Shown here one piece after another: positions 46,828 through 57,302 of a stretch of DNA of 64,000 nucleotides (the stretch's first letter is position 1; each line of letters opens with the position of its first letter). The stretch lies in the sequence record MT446415.1; one strand, 5' to 3'. A program made the position numbers and the translations under genes. Origin of the DNA: Escherichia virus TH44. The notes beneath the pieces were generated by a model that was not told the DNA's origin, ran no database searches, and was given only the letters and a program-made list of their open reading frames with translations.

Positions 46828-47843
46828 AAATTTTAAATTTAGGTGATTGGCACTTAGGTGTCAAAGCTGACGACCCATGGGCTCAAAACATTCAACGCGA
46901 TGGTATTTTACAGGCGATTGCATATTCCAAAGCGAATGGGATTAAAGTCTGGATTCAATATGGTGATATTTTTGACGTCCGTAAGGCCGTAACGCATAAG
47001 ACGATGGAATTCAGCCGTGAGATTATGGAACTCCTTCGTGAAGCAGGAATTACTATGCACACGATAGTCGGGAACCATGACATGAATCTGAAGAATAAGA
47101 TTCATCCTAATGCTATCACTGAACTCCTGAATAAGTATGACCATGTTAAAATCTACGATAAGCCAACGACTGTTGATTTTGACGGTTGTCAGATTGATAT
47201 GATTCCATGGATGTGTGACGAGAACGCAACTGACATTCACCAACATATCAAAACTTCTGGGGCTGAATATTGCATCGGTCACTGGGAATTAACCGGGTTT
47301 TATTTCTATAAAGGATTGAAATCCCACGGTCTTGAGCCTGATTTCCTTAAGAAGTACAAGCAAGTTTGGTCTGGTCACTTTCACACAATTTCAGAAGCTG
47401 CAAACGTTAAGTACATCGGGACACCATGGACATTAACAGCAGGTGATGAGAACGACCCGCGCGGGTTCTGGGAATTTGATACCGAAACCGAAGAGATGAA
47501 ATTTATTCCGAATGAAACCACCTGGCATCGGAAGATTTTCTATCCAAACGAAACTATTAACTACGACGACTTCAAAGACTTATCAGTCCGTGTTATTGTA
47601 GAAAAAGTCGATAAAGACCTGACCAAGTTCGAATCCGAATTAGAAAAGCGTGTACATGAATTACGTGTTGTCAATAAGGTTGATAACAGTGTTGATACGA
47701 CTGACTCCGAAGAAGAGTTAGATATAAAACGCTTAACTGATATGATGGCAGAATATATCGATGCATTACCTGACGCCAATGAGAAAGAATCAAAAGCTCT
47801 CAAAGCATTGGCCAACAAATTATATCTTGAGGTGCAACCATGA
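46824..47843 (+). CDS. 47: recombination endonuclease subunit gp47 (Mre11/SbcD-like)
   Basis: MKILNLGDWHLGVKADDPWAQNIQ...IQYGDIFDVRKA...VGNHD, near-identical to T4 gp47. Confidence 0.96.
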   Translation: MKILNLGDWHLGVKADDPWAQNIQRDGILQAIAYSKANGIKVWIQYGDIFDVRKAVTHKTMEFSREIMELLREAGITMHTIVGNHDMNLKNKIHPNAITELLNKYDHVKIYDKPTTVDFDGCQIDMIPWMCDENATDIHQHIKTSGAEYCIGHWELTGFYFYKGLKSHGLEPDFLKKYKQVWSGHFHTISEAANVKYIGTPWTLTAGDENDPRGFWEFDTETEEMKFIPNETTWHRKIFYPNETINYDDFKDLSVRVIVEKVDKDLTKFESELEKRVHELRVVNKVDNSVDTTDSEEELDIKRLTDMMAEYIDALPDANEKESKALKALANKLYLEVQP

Positions 47844-48103
47844 GACTTTATGATTTTAATGAAGCGGGACTTGAGCATATCCGTGAATGTGATGTGGTTG
47901 ACGACGATAATCAACCGAATATTATTAAGTATTGGTTTGAAGCTATCACTGACCGGGAAACCGGTCAACTTATCAAAGTCTATGTAGTCACCGATTGGGC
48001 CGTAGAATTTAGTTTTAATGTAATGGAAAGTGATACTCCAGAAACATTAATCCATATGGCTGAATCATGCATTAAGGATGCTTATAATGATGAAAATGTA
48101 TAA
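47840..48103 (+). CDS. hypothetical protein
   Basis: 87 aa between 47 and 46. Confidence 0.55.
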   Translation: MRLYDFNEAGLEHIRECDVVDDDNQPNIIKYWFEAITDRETGQLIKVYVVTDWAVEFSFNVMESDTPETLIHMAESCIKDAYNDENV

Positions 48104-48302
48104 ACATGATTTTCATATTGGCGATGGCTGGTTCGGTAATGTAGAATGGGACGTGGATGGTTCTTGGTATACCGGAACTATGTATGTCACTTCTGAATAT
48201 TCTGAAGGTGTTTCATGGGCCATGGAACTTGACGACGTGTTTGCTTCTTCCGAAGAAATGCTAGAATATGCTGAACAAACAATTCGTGGGAACAATACAT
48301 GA
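48096..48302 (+). CDS. hypothetical protein
   Basis: Start ambiguous (48078-48096). Confidence 0.45.
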   Translation: MYKHDFHIGDGWFGNVEWDVDGSWYTGTMYVTSEYSEGVSWAMELDDVFASSEEMLEYAEQTIRGNNT

Positions 48303-49981
48303 AAACGTTTAAGCTAAAGAAAGTCATCTACAAAAATATTATGTCGGTAGGCCAGCAACCTATTACAATCCAACTTGACAAGGTCCAAAAAACTCTGGTC
48401 ACCGGTAAGAATGGCGCTGGTAAATCTACGTTCCTTGAAGCCGTTACATTTGCTCTGTTTGGAAAGCCTTTTCGTGATGTTAAGAAAGGGCAGTTGATTA
48501 ACTCAAGTAATAAGAAAGACCTTTTGGTCGAACTGTGGATGGAATATGATGGAAAAGAATACTATATCAAACGCGGGCAAAAACCCAATGTTTTTGAAAT
48601 CACTTGTGGCGGTAAACGTCTTGATGAATCTGCCAGCAGTAAAGACTTCCAAGCGGAATTTGAACAGCTCATCGGAATGTCCTATGCGAGCTTCAAACAA
48701 ATTGTCGTACTCGGCACAGCTGGATATACCCCTTTTATGGGCCTATCCACTCCTGCAAGAAGAAAACTTGTCGAAGACCTTTTAGAGGTTTCTGTACTGG
48801 CCGATATGGATAAGCTGAACAAATCTCTTATCCGCGAAGTCAATAGTCAAATCCAGGTGATGGATGTGCAGCATGACGGGATTGTTCAACAGATTAAAAT
48901 CTATCAGGACAACGAAGACCGTCAAAGAAAATTATCAGGTGATAATCTGTTGCGGCTGCAAACGATGTATGATGAACTTGCCACAGAAGCACGTGGAATC
49001 AAAACGACTATCGAAGAAGCAACGACAAGACTGACCGAGATAATCTTGGGAGAAGACCCTGAGCATGAACTCACGAAGTTAAAGCAGGAATCATTCCTGA
49101 TTAAATCGAAGATTGACGATTACCGAAAGGTGGTTGGTCTGTACGAGAAAGGTGGTTGTTGTCAGACTTGTGCCAGTCAGTTGCATCCAGGAGACCCTAT
49201 TGTCGCCAGGATTGAGTCAAAGATTGAAGAATGTAATGTATCAGCTGATAACCATAAAGCTCGCCAGAATGCTGTTCAGGAGCAATTTGATGAGTATTCT
49301 GCTGCAAGACAAAAGCAACGTACAATAGCTCAAGACATTCAAACTAAGAAACAAACCTTAGTCCAGACTGTCGAAAAAGCTAAAAAGGTTAAAGCATTAA
49401 TCGAGCAAGCTAAGTCAGAATTCATTGACCATGCAGCAGACATTAAAATGCTTCAAGACCAGCTTGATAAAATAGTCAAACAGAAATCTGACCTTGTGAT
49501 GGAAAAATATCAACGTGGCATCTTAACGGATATGTTGAAAGATTCTGGTATTAAGGGCGCGATTATTAAGAAATATATTCCTATCTTTAATAAGCAGATA
49601 AACGCTTACCTTAAAGTTATGGAAGCTGATTATAGTTTTACGTTAGATGAAGAGTTCAACGAAACGATTAAATCTCGTGGACGTGAAGACTTCAGCTATG
49701 CATCATTTAGCCAGGGTGAAAAAGCTCGTATCGATATTGCATTGCTGTTTACATGGCGTGATATTGCTGCGAAAGTATCTGGTGTTAATATTAACACATT
49801 GATTCTGGACGAAGTTTTCGATTCAGCTACTGATGTAGAGGGTGTTAAAGCAATTGCTACCATCCTGAACAAATTGGAAGACACCAACATCTTTATTATC
49901 AGTCACCGAGACCATGACCCGGAAGCATACGGGCAACATCTCCAGATGAAAAAAGTTGGTCGATTCACTGTTATGGAATAA
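48299..49981 (+). CDS. 46: recombination endonuclease subunit gp46 (Rad50/SbcC-like ATPase)
   Basis: 560 aa; Walker A TGKNGAGKST, central coiled coil with CQTC zinc hook, C-terminal LILDEVFDS. Confidence 0.96.
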   Translation: MKTFKLKKVIYKNIMSVGQQPITIQLDKVQKTLVTGKNGAGKSTFLEAVTFALFGKPFRDVKKGQLINSSNKKDLLVELWMEYDGKEYYIKRGQKPNVFEITCGGKRLDESASSKDFQAEFEQLIGMSYASFKQIVVLGTAGYTPFMGLSTPARRKLVEDLLEVSVLADMDKLNKSLIREVNSQIQVMDVQHDGIVQQIKIYQDNEDRQRKLSGDNLLRLQTMYDELATEARGIKTTIEEATTRLTEIILGEDPEHELTKLKQESFLIKSKIDDYRKVVGLYEKGGCCQTCASQLHPGDPIVARIESKIEECNVSADNHKARQNAVQEQFDEYSAARQKQRTIAQDIQTKKQTLVQTVEKAKKVKALIEQAKSEFIDHAADIKMLQDQLDKIVKQKSDLVMEKYQRGILTDMLKDSGIKGAIIKKYIPIFNKQINAYLKVMEADYSFTLDEEFNETIKSRGREDFSYASFSQGEKARIDIALLFTWRDIAAKVSGVNINTLILDEVFDSATDVEGVKAIATILNKLEDTNIFIISHRDHDPEAYGQHLQMKKVGRFTVME

Positions 49982-50016
49982 TGTTTTAAAACAAGGATGT
50001 TATAATAGAGGCTATT

Positions 50017-50208
50017 ATGGCTGACTTCTTAACCGGGCAGCATTTATTGGCTGTCCCTGAAATTAAACGGTATGTGTTAGTTAATACCTTTTCGAAAGAT
50101 GAACACCTTGTTACTGAACGTGACTTACAAAACGCTTTCGGTGAAGAATATGTTAAAATAATCGCGAACAGACATAATGCCTGGTTTGCATATGAATACT
50201 TTGATTAA
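50017..50208 (+). CDS. gp45.2-like small protein
   Basis: 63 aa in the T4 45.2 position. Confidence 0.55.
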   Translation: MADFLTGQHLLAVPEIKRYVLVNTFSKDEHLVTERDLQNAFGEEYVKIIANRHNAWFAYEYFD

Positions 50209-50232
50209 TTGATAATGAATAGAGAGAATATT

Positions 50233-50640
50233 ATGAACAACGTAACTGCTAAAGATATCCAAGTTAAAACCATTCGCACCGACGCTAACCCACATAACCA
50301 AAACCGCGTCCGCAAATCCTGGGTCCTGGCATGTGATGAAGCATCTGCTACCCGTCTGCAGTCTCTGCCGCAAGAAATTAAATTCATGCTGTATGGTGTG
50401 ATTGATACTGATGTATCTGATAAGTGGATTGAACTGATGCGCAATCACTACAACGATTCACTGGCTGCTGGTGCTAAACTGGTTATCGACCGTGACGGTT
50501 CCGAACGTCTTGAAGATGATTATTGTGTTAACTCTGACGACCATCTGGTGCAAGCTGGTTCTATTATTGCTGCACAACTTCCAGAGTATATTGAATCTCT
50601 TCCGGAAGCTATCCGCAAACAAATGGCAGTTGTTGCTTAA
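50233..50640 (+). CDS. rpbA: RNA-polymerase-binding protein RpbA-like
   Basis: 135 aa from MNNVTAKD...; between 46 and 45 as T4 rpbA. Confidence 0.6.
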   Translation: MNNVTAKDIQVKTIRTDANPHNQNRVRKSWVLACDEASATRLQSLPQEIKFMLYGVIDTDVSDKWIELMRNHYNDSLAAGAKLVIDRDGSERLEDDYCVNSDDHLVQAGSIIAAQLPEYIESLPEAIRKQMAVVA

Positions 50641-50670
50641 TTAATTTTGATTTGAATAAAAGGTAATTAA

Positions 50671-51366
50671 ATGAAATTCTCTAAAGACACCATCGCAGTT
50701 TTGAAAAACTTCACCTCCATCTACTCTGGCATTATGCTTAAACCAGGTAATACCATCCTGACTCGTTCCGTAACTGGAGCGTCATATGGCGAATCCGAAA
50801 TCAATGATACAATTGACTTTGAAGCTGCGATTTATGACCTGAACGGCTTCTTAAGTATTCTGGGCCTGGTAACTGACCAAGCTGAAGTATCTCTGGCTGA
50901 AGATGCATCGAATATCATTATCAAAGACCAACGTTCAACGATTCACTGGCCTGCGGCAGACCCGAGCACTATCGTGTTCCCTGCTAAGAAGATTCCTTTC
51001 CCGGTAGCTAAGGTTATCTTCGACCTGAAAGGCAGTGACCTGCAGCAGCTTCTGCGTGTGGCTGGCGGTTTGTCTCTGGATACTTTTGCAATCACCAACA
51101 AAGACGGTAAGATTGTTATCCATGGTTATAACCAGCTCGAAGATAAAGAATTAGCGCGTCCATTGTATTCCCTGGTGTGTGGCGATTACGAAGGCGATGC
51201 AGCGTTTAAATTTATCATTAACAAACTGAACATGAAAATGATTCCGGCTGATTACCGTGTTATGCTTTGGGCGAAAGATGATAAATTTGCTACGAAGTTT
51301 GAAGGCACACAAGCAAGCTATGTGATTGCAATGGAACAAGGCTCTAGCCACGAATTCCAAGATTAA
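50671..51366 (+). CDS. 45: sliding clamp gp45
   Basis: MKFSKDTIAVLKNF...FWPAADPSTIVFP...LQQLLRV, near-identical to T4 gp45. Confidence 0.96.
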   Translation: MKFSKDTIAVLKNFTSIYSGIMLKPGNTILTRSVTGASYGESEINDTIDFEAAIYDLNGFLSILGLVTDQAEVSLAEDASNIIIKDQRSTIHWPAADPSTIVFPAKKIPFPVAKVIFDLKGSDLQQLLRVAGGLSLDTFAITNKDGKIVIHGYNQLEDKELARPLYSLVCGDYEGDAAFKFIINKLNMKMIPADYRVMLWAKDDKFATKFEGTQASYVIAMEQGSSHEFQD

Positions 51367-51422
51367 TAAATGGGGCTTCGGCCCCATGGAGTACAAAGTA
51401 GAAACTAATATGAGGAAAATAT

Positions 51423-52382
51423 ATGTTAACGGTTAATGACAAAGAATTCATGTGGGAACAAAAATACCGCCCAGGTACATTATCAGAGTGTATTCTCCCG
51501 GCTCATGATAAAGAAACATTAGAGGCGATTGTTAAAAAAGGTTTGATTCCTAACTTGATTCTGGTCAGTAGTTCTCCTGGCACTGGTAAGACAACAGTTG
51601 CAAAAGCTATGTGCGCAGATACGAATTCTGATATGCTGTTTGTTAACGGCTCCGATTGTCGAATTGACTTTGTGCGTAATGAATTGACTCGCTTTGCATC
51701 ATCCAAATCAATCGAAGGTCGCCGCAAGGTAATCGTTATCGATGAGTTTGACCGTGCAGGTCTGGCTGAATCACAACGACACCTCCGTAGCTTTATGGAA
51801 GCTTATTCAAGCAACTGTTCAATCATTATGACCGCGAACAATATTGATGGTATCATCACTCCGTTGCAGTCTCGTTGTCGCGTCATTAAGTTCGGTGAAG
51901 CAACTCCGGCTGACCAGACTACCATGATGAAAGAGATGATTCATCGTGCAGTTGCGGTATGTAAAAACGAAGGCGTTGAAATCGAAGACCTGAAAGTTGT
52001 TGCTGCTCTGGTTAAGCATAACTTCCCGGACCTGCGTAAGACAATTAACGAGCTTGACCGTTACTCTGCAAAGGGTGTTATCGATTCTGGTATTCTGAGT
52101 ATCGTGACAAACAATCGCACACCAATTGATGATGTGATTGATGCCCTTAAGGACCGTAACTTTAAAGTTCTCCGTGGCCTGGCTCCTAAGCATGCAAATG
52201 ATTATTCAAGCTTCATTGCAAAGCTGGCTGATGAAATGTATGGTAAACTGACTGGTGCAAGTATCATCCGCATGTATGAGATTGTAGGTGAGAATAATCA
52301 GTACCATGGCATTGCGGCCAATACCGAAGTACACTTGACTTATCTGTTTGCTCAACTGGCTGGGGAAATGAAATGGCTGTAA
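51423..52382 (+). CDS. 44: clamp loader large subunit gp44
   Basis: 319 aa; SPGTGKTTVAKA, VIVIDEFDR, IIMTANNIDGII, near-identical to T4 gp44. Confidence 0.97.
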   Translation: MLTVNDKEFMWEQKYRPGTLSECILPAHDKETLEAIVKKGLIPNLILVSSSPGTGKTTVAKAMCADTNSDMLFVNGSDCRIDFVRNELTRFASSKSIEGRRKVIVIDEFDRAGLAESQRHLRSFMEAYSSNCSIIMTANNIDGIITPLQSRCRVIKFGEATPADQTTMMKEMIHRAVAVCKNEGVEIEDLKVVAALVKHNFPDLRKTINELDRYSAKGVIDSGILSIVTNNRTPIDDVIDALKDRNFKVLRGLAPKHANDYSSFIAKLADEMYGKLTGASIIRMYEIVGENNQYHGIAANTEVHLTYLFAQLAGEMKWL

Positions 52383-52951
52383 GTCTCTTTGATGATGACG
52401 TTCAATTAAACGAACATGAGGTTGCGTGGAAATCACGCGACTTTAACAAAATTCAGGAATTGTCCGATTCATACAAAGAGAAAGCAGAAAATGAATTGTT
52501 CGCGATTCTTAACGACATAACCGTTAGCAAAAAACCACGGAACCTGATTCAATCAGAAAACTACAATAAATTCTGGCTGGATAACGCATTGAGTCAACAT
52601 GTTGATTGCATCATGCAGGTGAACGTGATGAACTTAATCGGTTCCGGGTTAACAGACCAGCAGCATTATAATTATTTGCTGCATGCAGTTCCACAAGGCA
52701 AGCGTTATGGCAAATGGGCCAAGGCTGAACCGGATGTAGTCAACGTCCAGCTTGTGCTCAAGCTTTTAATGAAATATTATACAATTAATGCAGATGATGC
52801 TTTGATGTATATGGAAACATTGAAAGTCAAAGGTAGTCTTAAAGATGTTTTGAAAAAGACAAAAGGTCTGGTGACGGATGAATTCTTAAAGACCGTTACC
52901 AGTAATGTGAAAGAACAAAAAGAAATTAAAAAACAAATATTGGAATGGTAA
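52373..52951 (+). CDS. 62: clamp loader small subunit gp62
   Basis: 192 aa ORF overlapping gene 44 end as in T4. Confidence 0.88.
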   Translation: MAVSLFDDDVQLNEHEVAWKSRDFNKIQELSDSYKEKAENELFAILNDITVSKKPRNLIQSENYNKFWLDNALSQHVDCIMQVNVMNLIGSGLTDQQHYNYLLHAVPQGKRYGKWAKAEPDVVNVQLVLKLLMKYYTINADDALMYMETLKVKGSLKDVLKKTKGLVTDEFLKTVTSNVKEQKEIKKQILEW

Positions 52952-52952
52952 A

Positions 52953-53321
52953 ATGATTGAAATTACATTAAAGCAACCTGAAGACTTCCTGAAAGTTAAA
53001 GAAACTCTGACCCGTATGGGCATCGCAAATAATAAAGACCGTGTGCTGTACCAGAGCTGCCACATCCTCCAGAAGCAAGGTCGTTATTATATTGTTCACT
53101 TCAAAGAAATGCTGCGCATGGATGGTCGTCAGGTTGATATTGACGGCGAAGACTACCAGCGCCGTGATTCCATTGCTCAACTGCTCGAAGACTGGGGCTT
53201 AATCGCTATTAAAGAAGAAGAGCATAATGAATTGTTCGCAGTAACAAATAACTTCCGTGTTATCTCATTCAAACAAAAAGACGACTGGAAGCTCGTAGCC
53301 AAATATACAATTGGTAATTGA
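52953..53321 (+). CDS. regA: translational repressor RegA
   Basis: 122 aa; MIEITLKQPEDFLKVKETLTRMGIANNKD...FKEMLRMDGRQV, near-identical to T4 RegA. Confidence 0.96.
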   Translation: MIEITLKQPEDFLKVKETLTRMGIANNKDRVLYQSCHILQKQGRYYIVHFKEMLRMDGRQVDIDGEDYQRRDSIAQLLEDWGLIAIKEEEHNELFAVTNNFRVISFKQKDDWKLVAKYTIGN

Positions 53322-53322
53322 T

Positions 53323-53538
53323 ATGAAGCATGAAATTGAAACATGTGAACGCCTTAAAGAAGTATACGGACTTTCCCCAACTCAAACTATTTTTGACCTT
53401 TCCGAAGAACTTCAAATAGAATTTCAAAAGGAACTCAATAAATTATTGCATCCTGGTCAGAGAGTCTTCCAGGCTATGGTTAGAACTAAAGATGAAACTG
53501 GTAATCCGACTATCGAACGTCGTACAATAGAAATTTAA
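53323..53538 (+). CDS. hypothetical protein
   Basis: ATG 1 nt after regA stop (track ORF starts at TTG 53311). Confidence 0.5.
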   Translation: MKHEIETCERLKEVYGLSPTQTIFDLSEELQIEFQKELNKLLHPGQRVFQAMVRTKDETGNPTIERRTIEI

Positions 53539-53544
53539 AGCAAA

Positions 53545-53562
53545 GGGACTTCGGTCCCTTTT
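53545..53562 (+). terminator. rho-independent terminator with UUCG tetraloop
   Basis: gggac-ttcg-gtccc followed by TTTT. Confidence 0.7.
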
Positions 53563-53623
53563 GTAGTATAATAGCGTCAAGTCATAAAACAAAAGTCAAT
53601 CACTCGACTATAAAGGAAACCAA

Positions 53624-56338
53624 ATGCAAGAATTTTATTTAACTATCGAACAAATTGGTGACAATCTGCTCGAACGATACATTGACAAGAACGGTCATGA
53701 ACGTGTTCGTGAAATCCCTTATGCTCCATGCTTGTTTATGCACGCCCGGGAAGGTCAGGCTGCAAAGTATACAGACATCTATAATAAAGGTTGTGTGAAA
53801 AAAGAATTCGATTCCATGCGTGATGCGTCCCAGTGGATGAAGCGAATGAATGACATGGGTCTCGAAGCTATGGGTATGGATGACTTTAAACTCGCATACT
53901 TGTCCGACCGTTACCCGCACGAAATCAAATATGATTCAAGTAAAATCCGTGTTGCTAACTTCGATATCGAGGTGACATCTCCCGATGGGTTCCCTGAACC
54001 GTCTGAAGCACGTCACCCTATTGATGCCCTGACGCACTATGATTCGGTAGACGATAAATTCTATGTCTTTGACCTTTTGGGCTCACCATACGCCACTGTG
54101 GAGCAATGGTCTATTGATATTGCTGCTAAGCTACAGGAAGACGGCGGTGATGAAGTCCCTGAAGAAATCCTGGAAAAAATTGTTTATATGGCTTTCGATT
54201 CAGAAGAAGAAATGCTCCAGCAGTATTTGGTATTCTGGAACGAGAAAACTCCGGTTATGCTAACTGGTTGGAACATCGAGAAGTTTGATATTCCATATAT
54301 CTACAACCGCCTTAAAAATATATTTGGTGAAGCTACAGCAAAACGTCTGAGCCCACATCGTCGTACAAAAGTTAAGGTCATTAACAACGGCTTTGGTGAA
54401 GAACAAGAAATCATTCAGATTCTGGGTATCTCTGTTCTGGATTATCTGGACCTGTATAAAAAGTTCAGCTTCACAAACCAACCGTCTTATTCGTTGGATT
54501 ATGTTGCGGAATCTGAACTTGGTGTTGGTAAACTCCCGTATGATGGCCCGATTTCTAAACTGCGTGAATCAAATCACCAGCGGTATATTTCTTATAACAT
54601 CATCGACGTTTATCGTGTTGTGCAGATTGACCGTAAGCGGCAGTTTATTAACCTGAGCCAGTCAATGGGTTATTATGCAAAAATGCAGATTCAGTCTGTA
54701 TTCAGCCCAATCAAAACTTGGGATGCGATTATCTTTAACAGCCTGAAGACTCAAAACAAAGTCATTCCGGAAACCAAATCGCATGTTCGTCAATCGTTCC
54801 CTGGTGCATTTGTTAAGGAACCGATTCCGAACGCATACAAATATGTAATGAGCTGTGACTTAACATCTCTGTATCCGAGCATTATCCGACAGATTAACAT
54901 CAGTCCAGAAACGATTGCCGGTTCATTTGCACCAGCCCAGATGTATGAATACATCGCAGGAACTGCTGACCGTCCATCTGATACATTTAGTTGTGCTCCA
55001 AATGGTATGATGTATTTTAAAGATGTTGCGGGTATTATTCCGACAGAAGTCACCAAGGTGTTTAATCAGCGTAAAGAACACAAAGGCTATATGCTTGCGG
55101 CTCAACGTAATGGTGAACTGATTAAGGAAGCTCTGCGTAATCCAGGAACGGGTACAACCGAGCCTGAAGTTGATTATCGTTATGACTTTGATGACAATAT
55201 GAAAACGGCCCTGCATGGTCTGAATCAAACAGTCCTGAATGGTATGCTGTACAAAGCGCAGATGGAAGAAGTTGCAGGCATGACCGCACAGATTAACCGT
55301 AAACTGCTTATCAACAGTTGTTATGGCGCTCTGGGCAATATCTGGTTCCGTTACTTTGACCTGCGAAATGCGACCGCGATTACATCTTTCGGACAACTTG
55401 CATTGCAGTGGATTGAGCGTAAAGTTAACGAATACTTCGATAGTGTTTGTGGGACAAGCGGCGAAACTTATGTGTTCTATGGCGATACTGACTCCATTTA
55501 TATCCAGTGCGATAACCTTATTAAAAAGGTTGGTGGTGAATCTAAATTCCGTGATACAAACCACCTGGTTGACTTCATGGACAAGTTTGCGAAAGACCGC
55601 CTGGAACCGGCAATCGATAAAGCTTTCCGTGAGCTGGCTGAATACATGAACAACAAACAGCATCTTATGTTTATGGACCGTGAAGCGATTGCATGTCCTC
55701 CGCTGGGTTCTAAAGGTGTGGGTGGATTCTGGACGGCGAAGAAACGTTATGCGCTGAACGTGTACGATATGGAAGGCACACGTTATGCTGTTCCGAAATT
55801 GAAAATCATGGGTCTGGAAACTCAAAAGTCGAGTACTCCAAAGGCATGTCAGAAAGCTCTGAAAGAATGTATCCGCCGTATGCTGCAAGAAGGTGAAGAA
55901 TCCCTGCAGACATACTTCAAGGAATTCAATAAGGAATTTAATGAGCTTAACTATATGACCATCGCGGGTGTATCATCGGTTAACAACATCCAGAAATATA
56001 ATGAAGGTGGTTTCCCTGGATTTAAGTGCCCGGCTCATATCAAAGGTGTGCTTGCATATATGCGTGCAACTAAAGGTCTGAAGACTGTTCCGCAAATCAT
56101 GGAAGGGGAAAAGGTGTATGTACTTCCTCTTAAAGTCGGCAACCCGTTTGGTGAAACCGTGATTGCATGGCCATCTGGGATTGAACTCCCGATTGAAATC
56201 CGTGACCAGGTTCTGCAGTGGATGGATTACAGTGCTTTGTTCCAGAAGACTTTTGTTAAGCCGTTATCAGGTTTCTCTGAAGCTGCAAAGGTTGATTACG
56301 AAAAGAAAGCAACTCTTTTTGACATGTTCGACTTTTAA
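53624..56338 (+). CDS. 43: DNA polymerase gp43
   Basis: 904 aa; exo motifs FDIEV and YNIIDV, pol motifs DLTSLYPSII, KILINSCYGALG, YGDTDS. Confidence 0.98.
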   Translation: MQEFYLTIEQIGDNLLERYIDKNGHERVREIPYAPCLFMHAREGQAAKYTDIYNKGCVKKEFDSMRDASQWMKRMNDMGLEAMGMDDFKLAYLSDRYPHEIKYDSSKIRVANFDIEVTSPDGFPEPSEARHPIDALTHYDSVDDKFYVFDLLGSPYATVEQWSIDIAAKLQEDGGDEVPEEILEKIVYMAFDSEEEMLQQYLVFWNEKTPVMLTGWNIEKFDIPYIYNRLKNIFGEATAKRLSPHRRTKVKVINNGFGEEQEIIQILGISVLDYLDLYKKFSFTNQPSYSLDYVAESELGVGKLPYDGPISKLRESNHQRYISYNIIDVYRVVQIDRKRQFINLSQSMGYYAKMQIQSVFSPIKTWDAIIFNSLKTQNKVIPETKSHVRQSFPGAFVKEPIPNAYKYVMSCDLTSLYPSIIRQINISPETIAGSFAPAQMYEYIAGTADRPSDTFSCAPNGMMYFKDVAGIIPTEVTKVFNQRKEHKGYMLAAQRNGELIKEALRNPGTGTTEPEVDYRYDFDDNMKTALHGLNQTVLNGMLYKAQMEEVAGMTAQINRKLLINSCYGALGNIWFRYFDLRNATAITSFGQLALQWIERKVNEYFDSVCGTSGETYVFYGDTDSIYIQCDNLIKKVGGESKFRDTNHLVDFMDKFAKDRLEPAIDKAFRELAEYMNNKQHLMFMDREAIACPPLGSKGVGGFWTAKKRYALNVYDMEGTRYAVPKLKIMGLETQKSSTPKACQKALKECIRRMLQEGEESLQTYFKEFNKEFNELNYMTIAGVSSVNNIQKYNEGGFPGFKCPAHIKGVLAYMRATKGLKTVPQIMEGEKVYVLPLKVGNPFGETVIAWPSGIELPIEIRDQVLQWMDYSALFQKTFVKPLSGFSEAAKVDYEKKATLFDMFDF

Positions 56339-56340
56339 GT

Positions 56341-56370
56341 GTTTACAACGGCAATGGATTGCCGTATTAT
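56341..56370 (+). promoter_or_regulatory. early promoter (GTTTAC-N18-TATTAT) with palindromic spacer
   Basis: Directly after gene 43 stop; spacer contains cggcaat-gg-attgccg. Confidence 0.5.
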
Positions 56371-56407
56371 TACCTCATCAACTGATGAATAACTTAAGGA
56401 TATTAAA

Positions 56408-56650
56408 ATGGAAACATTAATTGCGGGTACTGTTGTTCTTGGTGCAGGTTCTTTCTTCCTGGCTGCACTGGCATATTTTCTGCCGTGGATTATCGCGCTG
56501 CTGCGTGGTACCAAAAGTAATTGTGGAATCTTCTTTGTTAACCTCCTGATAGGTTGGACAATGGTCGGATGGTTTATTGCATTTATCTGGGCACTCGTTG
56601 CTGAACGTAAATCAAACGCACAAGTAATTATCATCAAGGAAGCAAAATGA
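56408..56650 (+). CDS. small inner-membrane protein (Imm-like position)
   Basis: 80 aa, two TM helices; lies where T4 has imm. Confidence 0.55.
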   Translation: METLIAGTVVLGAGSFFLAALAYFLPWIIALLRGTKSNCGIFFVNLLIGWTMVGWFIAFIWALVAERKSNAQVIIIKEAK

Positions 56651-56790
56651 AGATAATTACAATTATTGTACTGATTGCATTTTTTAGTATGTCAATCTAT
56701 TGGGCAATAATGACTCCACATATGATTCCAACTTTAATTTTGGGTTGGGTATTTTTGGGGCTCCAAGCCCGCTATGAATGTTTTAATTAG
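56647..56790 (+). CDS. small membrane protein (47 aa)
   Basis: Below track cutoff; hydrophobic; ATGA overlap. Confidence 0.4.
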   Translation: MKIITIIVLIAFFSMSIYWAIMTPHMIPTLILGWVFLGLQARYECFN

Positions 56791-56798
56791 GAAGCAAA

Positions 56799-57302
56799 AT
56801 GAAAAAGTTAGCTATCGCAGCTGTTATGCTGCTATCTGGTTGTGCTTACCAGGGTGATGTTGTTAATGCCAACGAGATTGGTAAAGCGCGAATTGCTGCA
56901 GACCGTCAGGTGCATAATGGTTCCTTTGATTTCAAAGGTGGTACTGGACTTATCTACAAACGCGACAACAATCAATGTGGAAACAACTGCGCGAAATATG
57001 CTCAACAAGAAATTGAGTACAAACGCGAGCAAGCTGCGAAGCATGACGAAATCATTGCCAAGCTGGAAGCAGAAACCAAGCGACAAAATGACCTGGATAC
57101 TGTTAACCAGATTTCACAGGTCTGCATGTCATATATCAATATGCAGATAAACATCATGCGCGCAGAAGCTTATCAGGCAGCGGAGACGGGTTCTCCAAAA
57201 GCTAATGAGTACCGCGATATGTATCAGCGTTCTGCTCAAAACCGTCTGAGCTATATTAATAAATGTGTAGCTAAAGAGAAAGCACGCCAAGGTATTAACT
57301 GA
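56799..57302 (+). CDS. lipoprotein
   Basis: Signal peptide with lipobox MKKLAIAAVMLLSGC. Confidence 0.65.
   Translation: MKKLAIAAVMLLSGCAYQGDVVNANEIGKARIAADRQVHNGSFDFKGGTGLIYKRDNNQCGNNCAKYAQQEIEYKREQAAKHDEIIAKLEAETKRQNDLDTVNQISQVCMSYINMQINIMRAEAYQAAETGSPKANEYRDMYQRSAQNRLSYINKCVAKEKARQGIN

Noticed and set aside
54923-55888. 321-aa minus-strand ORF inside the DNA polymerase gene; likewise 57914-58654 inside uvsX and 59291-59606 inside gene 41
   Set aside because: Antisense to well-supported conserved genes, low-complexity translations, no RBS context; treated as shadow ORFs
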